Shown piece after piece: positions 25,669 to 31,913 of a DNA stretch of 32,000 nt. The position numbers and the translations under genes were made by a program. The notes under the pieces were generated by a model. That model made no database searches. It saw nothing but the letters and a program-made list of their open reading frames with translations, and was not told the DNA's origin. The DNA is from Candidatus Saccharimonadota bacterium (lineage in GTDB: Bacteria > Patescibacteriota > Microgenomatia > UBA1406 > GWC2-37-13): contig CP066689.1 of the NCBI GenBank assembly GCA_016432445.1, positions 690,001 to 722,000 on the forward strand. Direction: 5' to 3'. The stretch's first letter is position 1. Each line of letters begins with the position of its first letter.

Positions 25669-27339
25669 TTAAATTTGTATAACATCCACAACTATCAAAG
25701 GCTTACGTCCTTTTTCCTGATAAAAAAACTTCTCCAAGTACCCCTCAACATCTTTTTTTATAATCCCCAAATCAATAATGTGTTCTTTCCTCGGCTTTAA
25801 CACTTTTTCAACCAACCGCGCGGCTTTCTCAAATAACTCTTCCTCAGCCTTTTCAAAAACAAATCCTCTTGATACAATATTTGGTCGGGCAAGCAACCTT
25901 CCATTGCTATCAACCATAATTAAAGCCACCACAATTCCCTCTGAAGAAAGAGTTTTTCTATCTCTTAAAACCATATTCCCAACATCACCAACTCCATAAG
26001 CATCAACATATATGGTTTTTGTCTCGAGCTCATCTCCCTTATAGGCATTATTACGGGTAAACCAAACAGTCTCACCAATCTCAAGTGTAAAAACATTTTC
26101 TTTAGGGTATCCTAACTCTCCGACAAGTTTTTGATATTGAAGCTGATGTCTTAGTGTTCCGCCAATAGGAATAAAATATCTTGGTTTGGTAAACCTGATT
26201 AAAAATTTTAAATCATCCTGATTTCCATGACCTGATGCATGAAGTTCATCATGAATATCGGAATAAATGACTTCAGCTCCTTGCAAAGATAGCTCCTCTA
26301 TCACATTATAAACCTCATTTTCATTTCCCGGGATTGGGTCCGATGAGAAGATCACCTTGTCACCTGGTTTTATTTTTACATTTTTGTTTTTATTATTAGC
26401 CAGTTTTGATAAAGCTGACTCATACTGGCCCTGAGATCCAGCCACAATCAAACAAACCTTGTTGGGAGGCAGACGCCTAACGTCTTCTTCTTTGGCAGTA
26501 AGAGCATTAGGAATTGGAAGATAGCCAATCTCTGCAGAAAGTCTGGTGTTTTCCCTCATTGACCTTCCTAAAAATACAATTTTACGGTTGAATTTGATTG
26601 CAGCGTCAACGCATTGTCTAATTCTTGAGATATTAGAAGAAAAGGTAGTCATAATAAATTTTCCTTTTGTTTTTCTCATCTCATCCTCAAAAACTTGGCC
26701 GACAATAGCTTCTGACAAAGTTAGACCTTCGCGCTCTGAACCTAATGAATCAGAAAATAAACATAAAATACCTTCATTCCCTGCTTTTGTTATTCCATAA
26801 AAATCAGGCGGAGGTCCAAAAGGAGGAGTCAGATCCATCTTAAAATCAGTACCGTGATAAAGATTTCCAACTGGAGTTTTGATTACCACGTGCATTGTAT
26901 CTGGTATCGAGTGAGTTACAGGAAGAAAATTGAGTTTAAAATCACCAAACTGATACACCTCCCCATACTTAACTTCAGTGACGTTAACGGGTTGATTAAA
27001 TTCTTTAAATTTGTTTTCAATAAAAGCGGCAGTCAGTTTACTTGTATAAACCGGCGGCTTTCCTAACTCAAGATAATGAAAAGGCAAAGCCGAAATATGA
27101 TCTTCATGGCCGTGAGTTAAAACAACTGCCCGGATTTTATCAATCTTATCTTTAAGATAGGTAATATCTGGAATGACAAAATCAACTCCCAGTTCTTTTT
27201 CATGAGGAAAACCAATACCGCAGTCAATAATGAGTATGTCTTTTAAAACCTCGTTTTCATAGATCTCATACACATACATATTCTTGGTAACACCAACAAT
27301 ACCTCCCAAAGCCACAAACCTTACTTTATATTTATCCAT
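25669..27339 (-). CDS. rnj: ribonuclease J
   Basis: 556 aa. Metallo-beta-lactamase motif VLTHGHEDHISALP, a beta-CASP region (HASGHG) and a C-terminal domain. Confidence 0.9.
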   Translation of the reverse strand: MDKYKVRFVALGGIVGVTKNMYVYEIYENEVLKDILIIDCGIGFPHEKELGVDFVIPDITYLKDKIDKIRAVVLTHGHEDHISALPFHYLELGKPPVYTSKLTAAFIENKFKEFNQPVNVTEVKYGEVYQFGDFKLNFLPVTHSIPDTMHVVIKTPVGNLYHGTDFKMDLTPPFGPPPDFYGITKAGNEGILCLFSDSLGSEREGLTLSEAIVGQVFEDEMRKTKGKFIMTTFSSNISRIRQCVDAAIKFNRKIVFLGRSMRENTRLSAEIGYLPIPNALTAKEEDVRRLPPNKVCLIVAGSQGQYESALSKLANNKNKNVKIKPGDKVIFSSDPIPGNENEVYNVIEELSLQGAEVIYSDIHDELHASGHGNQDDLKFLIRFTKPRYFIPIGGTLRHQLQYQKLVGELGYPKENVFTLEIGETVWFTRNNAYKGDELETKTIYVDAYGVGDVGNMVLRDRKTLSSEGIVVALIMVDSNGRLLARPNIVSRGFVFEKAEEELFEKAARLVEKVLKPRKEHIIDLGIIKKDVEGYLEKFFYQEKGRKPLIVVDVIQI

Positions 27340-27581
27340 GTTTTAATTATATACCACACCTCTTTAATTTTCTCAGGCATTGCTTTCAAATGCTCAATTA
27401 AAGTAATTAAAGTGAGGATGAACTAGAAAAAGCATTCTTATTTTTATCGCACTTTTACAAAACGGGAAAGCTAATTCATCCAGCTAGGTTACATATCAAA
27501 ATTTTACGTATGTGCGCTTAATGGGTGAATAAAGTGTATGTGCGATCAGGATAGATAACTTCAAAAGAAAGGAAAAGAGAC

Positions 27582-27743
27582 ATGCCCGTATATGACGATA
27601 GGACAGTACCTACTCAACCGGCAGGTTGCACTTGCAAGGGTCTTGGCACTTGCCCATACTGCAGGTCAACAAGAATCCGGCCACTAGGTCAACGACCCAT
27701 CGGAGATAAGCCAACGCCACCTGGCCGGCGAATCGTCTGCTAA
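27582..27743 (+). CDS. small Cys-rich protein (53 aa), cassette 0
   Basis: Below the size cutoff of the track. SD GAAAGGAAAAGAG sits 2 nt before the ATG. Sequence MPVYDDRTVPTQPAGCTCKGLGTCPYCRSTRIRPLGQRPIGDKPTPPGRRIVC. Codon composition is G+C-rich, unlike the host genes. Confidence 0.55.
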   Translation: MPVYDDRTVPTQPAGCTCKGLGTCPYCRSTRIRPLGQRPIGDKPTPPGRRIVC

Positions 27744-27818
27744 AGTAACGCAAACCGCTGAGACTTGAGAGAAATCACCCACTCTTAAGTCTTTTGCGGC
27801 AAAAGGAAAGGATGCAAT

Positions 27819-27986
27819 ATGACACCAGTTCTAGCAACAACGCTAAACTATGCAGTTAACACATTCTACATCTTGGTAGCCATCATTGTTGCCGCTATCG
27901 CCCTTGCTTTCATCATTGTAGCAGGATACCTCTTTTGCGTAATCATCCTCCTGGATGAACTGGGTATACTGCGCTTTGGAGACTAG
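27819..27986 (+). CDS. small hydrophobic protein (55 aa, TM segment plus acidic tail), cassette 0
   Basis: SD AAAGGAAAGGA before the ATG. Sequence MTPVLATTLNYAVNTFYILVAIIVAAIALAFIIVAGYLFCVIILLDELGILRFGD. Confidence 0.55.
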   Translation: MTPVLATTLNYAVNTFYILVAIIVAAIALAFIIVAGYLFCVIILLDELGILRFGD

Positions 27987-27990
27987 ACTG

Positions 27991-28076
27991 TACTTTCCCG
28001 TACATACGGCGGATTTGGTGAGATTGGTCCAACGTGACCCATGCTCTGCATGTAAAAAATCTTAACCAAATCCGCC
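27991..28076 (+). other. conserved three-way-junction element E1 (end of cassette 0)
   Basis: ACTTTCCCG lead-in. The 18-bp closing stem pairs GGCGGATTTGGTGAGATT with AATCTTAACCAAATCCGCC. Inner hairpins are GGTC-CAACGT-GACC and CATGC-TCT-GCATG. Homologous to E2 and E3. Confidence 0.65.
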
Positions 28077-28350
28077 GCCTCAATTCTCTCACATAACTAA
28101 TTTATTCATTAAAAGATATTTTGATCTACTATGAGCTATTGATTTTAAAAATTTAAAAGATTAATATCAGCACAATATGGAGAGGTTATCTTCAAAAAGG
28201 GTCTTTTTTGCATCCTTGGCTAGAGAGTCTCTCCTTTTTTTGTGCCTTTAATTATGCTCTAAAAGCATAGAGCCTAAACTAAAAGGCGCACTTTAATAAA
28301 AAGGGAAAGTCAAATCGCCCGCCCAAAAATAACAGGGGAAAAGAGAAAAT

Positions 28351-28416
28351 AAATCCAAATGTCAAAATTCAAATTTCAAAATTTTATTTGACATTTGTCA
28401 TTTGAACTTTGGATTT
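28351..28416. repeat. phased heptamer hairpin spacer, CAAAT family
   Basis: TCCAAAT GTCAAAA TTCAAAT TTCAAAA TTTTATT TGACATT TGTCATT TGAACTT TGGATTT. Confidence 0.8.
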
Positions 28417-28428
28417 CGTTTGTTTTCT

Positions 28429-28531
28429 TCTTGTCCCTGTTATCGGATAACTTAAGAAAAAGATACCGGATGTATCTTTAACTACCCCTAAAGTAGTTTG
28501 CAAGTTATGGGATGGACGATAAAGGGGACTT
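28429..28531 (+). promoter_or_regulatory. structured 5' leader of cassette A (conserved with cassette B)
   Basis: GTCCCTGTTATCG (28433-28445) pairs with CGATAAAGGGGAC (28517-28529). ATAACTT pairs with AAGTTAT. Two inner hairpins are AGATA...TATCT and AACTAC...GTAGTT. The leader ends 25 nt before the ATG. Confidence 0.5.
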
Positions 28532-28555
28532 GATGACCGGGTATGAGGAGGCCAT

Positions 28556-28897
28556 ATGAACTTAATAAGAGCAATTGTAGTCATTGTTGGCTACTACTTG
28601 CTGTCACTGGCAATAGTCAACTGGTTTGGCAATAGCGCTTGGTTGTTGTTCGTCGTACCCGCCGCAGCCTTAGTTGCTGTCTACTGGGTAGCAACGCAAA
28701 AGCGCGTCTTGAGTACATCTCAGGTAGTGCTTTATGCTATTGGCGCGTGGGTTGTGTCTGCAATAGTAAACGCAATGCTTCCTGAACAGTCCAACGTCTG
28801 GATGCTAATCGTGGCTGTCGCGGTCGCATTAGTTTACGAACTTTCCATCCGACAAGAGACATCCTCACCACGATCCACTGGATGGCAAACACGCTAG
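28556..28897 (+). CDS. 4-TM small membrane protein (113 aa), cassette A; paralog of 30047-30370
   Basis: ORF track. SD GAGGAGG. VIVGYYLLSLAIVNWFGNSAWLLF...ALVYELSIRQ aligns with VAIGYYLVSVGIVYLLNSNAWWLL...AFVYEKSVIR. Confidence 0.7.
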   Translation: MNLIRAIVVIVGYYLLSLAIVNWFGNSAWLLFVVPAAALVAVYWVATQKRVLSTSQVVLYAIGAWVVSAIVNAMLPEQSNVWMLIVAVAVALVYELSIRQETSSPRSTGWQTR

Positions 28898-28962
28898 TAG
28901 AAACAGAACGTTAGGATTACACCCCTCCTTACGAACTGTAATTCAGCCATGAAAGGAACAAA

Positions 28963-29097
28963 ATGAGCGCGGAACCAATCTTCGAAGCCTTCTTTTGGTG
29001 GATTGGAGGTTTCATCATCACATTCTTCGGAGCCGCCGCGATAGGCGCAACCACCTGGTTCATTCGGCTACTTCGCCATTTAAAGGAGGTTGTGTAA
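28963..29097 (+). CDS. small hydrophobic protein (44 aa), cassette A
   Basis: SD GAAAGGAAC. Sequence MSAEPIFEAFFWWIGGFIITFFGAAAIGATTWFIRLLRHLKEVV. Confidence 0.5.
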   Translation: MSAEPIFEAFFWWIGGFIITFFGAAAIGATTWFIRLLRHLKEVV

Positions 29098-29158
29098 CTT
29101 GAGATCGTAACCCCCCGTGCGAAGTTTACCTCGATGAAGACAGAAAGGAGAAGCATAA

Positions 29159-29335
29159 ATGCCTGTTTTATTTGTTGACATCCCTGACGACAAGGTTGCA
29201 GAATTTGTTAGACGCTACATGGAAGCTTTGCATAACAAACACGGCGTTCATTTCACAGCCACAATGACTAATGTCGCCAACGCCCCTCTTTTCCCAGATC
29301 GTTTACCAGCAGACAAGGCCGCCACGATTGTCTAA
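29159..29335 (+). CDS. small soluble protein (58 aa), cassette A
   Basis: SD GAAAGGAGAAGC. Sequence MPVLFVDIPDDKVAEFVRRYMEALHNKHGVHFTATMTNVANAPLFPDRLPADKAATIV. Confidence 0.5.
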   Translation: MPVLFVDIPDDKVAEFVRRYMEALHNKHGVHFTATMTNVANAPLFPDRLPADKAATIV

Positions 29336-29347
29336 ACGACTACTCCA

Positions 29348-29439
29348 GACTTTCCCGCGCTTGCGTCGGGTTTTATTAGGTTTGATTGCGCCCTGCAGTC
29401 AACATGCACCCGCATGTACAACCGAAATAAACCCGACGC
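29348..29439 (+). other. conserved three-way-junction element E2 (end of cassette A)
   Basis: ACTTTCCCGCGCTT lead-in. The closing stem pairs GCGTCGGGTTTTATT with AAATAAACCCGACGC. Inner hairpins are GATTGC-GCCCT-GCAGTC and CATGC-ACCC-GCATG. Confidence 0.65.
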
Positions 29440-29463
29440 TTCCACTTCCTCTAAAATAATAAC

Positions 29464-29472
29464 TGCTATAAT
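29464..29472 (+). promoter_or_regulatory. extended -10 element TGCTATAAT, 7 nt before the ATG (possible leaderless transcript)
   Basis: TGCTATAAT-TTAGGTC-ATG(29480). There is no SD. Confidence 0.35.
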
Positions 29473-29479
29473 TTAGGTC

Positions 29480-29785
29480 ATGAAAATCTCTGCCAAAAAA
29501 GTTAAGGAAACGCTTCTTGAGGTTATTGATCCTGAGCTTAATGTTTCCATAGTTGATCTTGGACTAATTTATAAAATAAATGTCAGTAAAGAAAATAAAG
29601 TTAAAATAACTATGACGCTTACTTCCATAGGCTGTCCTCTTTTTCCCCAGATTGAAGATGATATAAAAACTAAACTTAAAAAATTAGGAATAAAAGAAAA
29701 AGATATTGCTATTGAACTTACTTTTGACCCTCCCTGGTCTATAGAAAAAATGTCTGAAACTGCTAAAGCTATTCTTGGAATTTGA
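29480..29785 (+). CDS. DUF59 / MIP18-family (SufT/PaaD-like) Fe-S cluster assembly-associated protein
   Basis: 101 aa. Contains LLEVIDPELNVSIVDLGLIY...TLTSIGCPL. Composition is AT-rich and host-like. Confidence 0.7.
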   Translation: MKISAKKVKETLLEVIDPELNVSIVDLGLIYKINVSKENKVKITMTLTSIGCPLFPQIEDDIKTKLKKLGIKEKDIAIELTFDPPWSIEKMSETAKAILGI

Positions 29786-29950
29786 TTTTTACATATAAAG
29801 AGTACTATAATCTGCTTCAATTCAGAGAAAATAAGTCTTAAGCATGGCTTATGTGTTCTCACGCACCATAACAACGCGCGAAAAGTTTACATAAAATCAT
29901 TCTCACCAAATTGATGACAGGGATAAAAAGGAAATAATTTTTTATTTTTT

Positions 29951-30016
29951 TCTTGTCCCGGTCATCATCAACTTGGCTTAAAAACCCATGTTGGGTGGAA
30001 TGATGATAAGGACAAT
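29951..30016 (+). promoter_or_regulatory. structured 5' leader of cassette B (conserved with cassette A)
   Basis: TTGTCC..T.ATCATC (29953-29969) pairs with GATGAT.A.GGACAA (30002-30015). The 5' strand TTCTTGTCCCNGTNATC is shared with cassette A, and the 3' strand carries compensating differences. Confidence 0.5.
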
Positions 30017-30046
30017 GATGGAATTTCAGTGAATAAGGAGGACAAC

Positions 30047-30370
30047 GTGAAAAAAAACACTATCTTCGTTGCTATTGGATACTATTTGGTGTCTGTAGGT
30101 ATAGTATACCTACTCAATAGCAACGCATGGTGGCTACTGGCTCTTTCATCAGCTCTACTTGGGTTCATCTATTGGCTTTTCACCTTCGAAACATACGAAG
30201 CCAATATCGTCTTGTGCGTCCTAACCGGTTCCTGCATATCTATTGGAGGAGACATCATAGCACACAATCTATCATTCCTCATATTGCTAGCTGTGTGTCC
30301 TATCACTGCCTTCGTGTACGAGAAATCTGTCATACGAGCAGTACCTCCTCCCCAAAACTCGCCGTGTTAA
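30047..30370 (+). CDS. 4-TM small membrane protein (107 aa from GTG 30047), cassette B; paralog of 28556-28897
   Basis: SD AAGGAGG lies 5 nt before the GTG at 30047. Alignment to the cassette A paralog favours this start over the track start at 30029. Confidence 0.7.
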   Translation: MKKNTIFVAIGYYLVSVGIVYLLNSNAWWLLALSSALLGFIYWLFTFETYEANIVLCVLTGSCISIGGDIIAHNLSFLILLAVCPITAFVYEKSVIRAVPPPQNSPC

Positions 30371-30441
30371 ATAACTTGCAGAAAGTGAGAAGTCCACCCT
30401 TCTAACCGACTGCTAATCAAACTGATTGAAAGGAGAAGCAG

Positions 30442-30594
30442 ATGAAATCAATCCTGGTCAATGTGGTAGCATGCCTTATCCTCGCGGGCTTTGTCGCTTT
30501 AGGCATCTTCCTGTTCATAATTTCACCGGCCATTTTGGCGATAATGGCTCTGCTGGATATCGAGGTCGTACCCGAAGAACTATTTGAGACATAG
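30442..30594 (+). CDS. small hydrophobic protein (50 aa, TM plus acidic tail), cassette B
   Basis: SD GAAAGGAGAAGC. Sequence MKSILVNVVACLILAGFVALGIFLFIISPAILAIMALLDIEVVPEELFET. The ...LLD-acidic tail resembles the one in 27819-27986. Confidence 0.55.
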   Translation: MKSILVNVVACLILAGFVALGIFLFIISPAILAIMALLDIEVVPEELFET

Positions 30595-30604
30595 GAGGAA
30601 CGAA

Positions 30605-30742
30605 ATGGTACAACGCTGGAAGGATGTCATGTCCTGGTCGATCTTCTTTGGAATGCTTGACACCTTTTCTCACCGTTGTTCATCATTGGGAGAATACGCC
30701 AAATCTTCAATGAACCATTCAACCCGTAAAGGAGAAAAATGA
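30605..30742 (+). CDS. small protein (45 aa), cassette B
   Basis: SD TAGGAGGAA. Sequence MVQRWKDVMSWSIFFGMLDTFSHRCSSLGEYAKSSMNHSTRKGEK. Its stop overlaps the next start (ATGA at 30739). Confidence 0.4.
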   Translation: MVQRWKDVMSWSIFFGMLDTFSHRCSSLGEYAKSSMNHSTRKGEK

Positions 30743-31068
30743 AAAGACCATTAGACCTAGAAGAAAAACCCCAGCGACAAAGGCTACTGGAAAGGTCTCA
30801 AGATTGGCTTGACCAATATATGGCCCCGGCTACCTTTGTCCTCGCATCTATTGGGCTATTACTAATCAGCGTCCTACTGTTTAAACTGGAGCTATTTGTC
30901 TCTCTGCTCGGCAGCATCTGCGCGGGTCTTGTAATTGCGGTGATTGTATCCGTGCTTCAGTTCTACTCCGGTTATCTGAGAGAAAAGTTCAGCTTTCTCA
31001 GAAAATTGGAAGCGCTGGTTCCTCGACGATGGAAATTCTCTAGAAAAGAGCTCAACTCGGATTGGTAA
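30739..31068 (+). CDS. 2-TM membrane protein (109 aa), cassette B
   Basis: ORF track. SD AAAGGAGAAAA. Translationally coupled to the preceding ORF. Confidence 0.6.
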   Translation: MKRPLDLEEKPQRQRLLERSQDWLDQYMAPATFVLASIGLLLISVLLFKLELFVSLLGSICAGLVIAVIVSVLQFYSGYLREKFSFLRKLEALVPRRWKFSRKELNSDW

Positions 31069-31076
31069 TTTACTTG

Positions 31077-31176
31077 CAACTTTTCGCGCCTCGTGCCGGG
31101 TTAGTTTTAGATTAGACTGCTCTCCCGCAGTCTTCATGCCACCCACGGCATGATCAATCTCTAATTAACTCGGCAC
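31077..31176 (+). other. conserved three-way-junction element E3 (end of cassette B)
   Basis: ACTTTTCGCGCCTC lead-in. The closing stem pairs GTGCCGGGTTAGTT...AGATT with AATCT...AATTAACTCGGCAC. Inner hairpins are GACTGC-TCTCCC-GCAGTC and CATGCC-ACCCAC-GGCATG. Confidence 0.65.
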
Positions 31177-31184
31177 TCATTCTC

Positions 31185-31290
31185 GATCTTAGATTTTAGA
31201 TGTTTGATCTTTGATTGATTGAAATGAAAACTAATTTGTTCTAATCTTATATCTAAGATCAAAGATCTAAGATCGAAGATCTTACTTAAT
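31185..31290. repeat. phased heptamer hairpin spacer (GATNTTN / AAGATCN)
   Basis: GATCTTA GATTTTA GATGTTT GATCTTT ... AAGATCA AAGATCT AAGATCG AAGATCT, running up to the ATG at 31291. Confidence 0.85.
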
Positions 31291-31803
31291 ATGGCTAAAG
31301 GACAGTTTTGGGATGATACATTTGAAAAATTAGCCGAACTTGGCGCCTCAACCGCAAAAAAAACCGGCCAGGCCGTAACCAAAACCTTCAATCCTTTACA
31401 GGCATTTGAACCGGCCGCACCAATACCTACTCCTGAAGAACAACAAAAACTTAATGAAGGAATGAAAAATAAAGACAACCACAGTAAGCTGGACTTTGAA
31501 AAACTTCAAAAAAAATATCAATATCAAGATGAACAAAAGGAAGATGCTTTAAGACAAAGATTATTTCAGCTTGTAAAAAACGACGAAAAAGAAGCTGTTG
31601 AACGCAATAAACAAGAGAAGGAGCAAAAAGAAAAGCAGGAACTCCAGGAACAGGAAGAAAAAAAGAAAAAACAGCAGGAAAGAATACAACAGGAACAATC
31701 AGCCGAAACTCCAAGAGGAAAAGAACGGAAAAGCATTTTCTCCAAGAAAAAACAAGCTCAAAAAGAACATGCCGAATATAAACCCTCTTCAGGAAAGCAA
31801 TAA
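31291..31803 (+). CDS. Lys/Glu/Gln-rich low-complexity protein, function unknown
   Basis: ORF track, 170 aa. Composition is AT-rich and host-like. Confidence 0.55.
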   Translation: MAKGQFWDDTFEKLAELGASTAKKTGQAVTKTFNPLQAFEPAAPIPTPEEQQKLNEGMKNKDNHSKLDFEKLQKKYQYQDEQKEDALRQRLFQLVKNDEKEAVERNKQEKEQKEKQELQEQEEKKKKQQERIQQEQSAETPRGKERKSIFSKKKQAQKEHAEYKPSSGKQ

Positions 31804-31834
31804 TTTAAATAATCTGGTAAAATAAAATGTACTA

Positions 31835-31908
31835 CGGGATGTAGTTCAGATGGCTAGAACACACGGTTCGGGACCGTGAGGCCGGCGGTTCAAGTCCGCC
31901 CATCCCGA
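31835..31908 (+). tRNA. tRNA-Pro (anticodon CGG)
   Basis: CGGGATG TA GTTC AGATGGCTA GAAC A CACGG TTCGGGA CCGTG AGGCC GGCGG TTCAAGT CCGCC CATCCCG A. Has the C1-G72 pair typical of bacterial tRNA-Pro. Confidence 0.9.
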
Positions 31909-31913
31909 CACCA

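Noticed and set aside
1988-27066. Short antisense ORFs inside long genes, e.g. 1988-2194(-), 5407-5646(-), 9252-9452(+), 11250-11516(+/-), 14221-14421(-), 15583-15864(-), 16596-16832(-), 17191-17412(-), 17551-17832(+), 19348-19560(-), 22344-23074(-) and 25475-27066(+)
   Set aside because: Each is embedded in or antisense to a well-supported conserved gene. These are typical chance ORFs of AT-rich DNA.
27991-28076. E elements as ordinary rho-independent terminators
   Set aside because: None of the three copies is followed by a T/U tract. The structure is a branched three-way junction, not a simple GC hairpin.
27991-31176. E1-E3 as integron attC sites, with the cassettes forming an integron or CALIN (cluster of attC sites lacking an integrase) array
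   Set aside because: In attC sites the 5' arm carries RYYYAAC and the 3' arm carries GTTRRRY. Here the GTT-type core is on the 5' arm and the AAC-type core on the 3' arm, on either strand. The cassettes are multi-ORF with their own long leaders. Host genes are interspersed, and no integrase is in the window. A different recombination system cannot be excluded.
4638-31290. Heptamer arrays as CRISPR or other spacer-repeat arrays
   Set aside because: The units are only 7 nt, contiguous and degenerate, with no unique spacers. There are no cas genes in the window.
28384-31825. Antisense or overlapping track ORFs in the cassette region: 28384-28584(-), 28929-29156(-), 29271-29459(+), 29569-29874(-), 30127-30405(+), 30892-31146(-), 31161-31478(-), 31451-31714(-) and 31598-31825(+)
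   Set aside because: They overlap better-supported ORFs with SDs, structured elements or heptad spacers. They lack an SD and have implausible, low-complexity translations.
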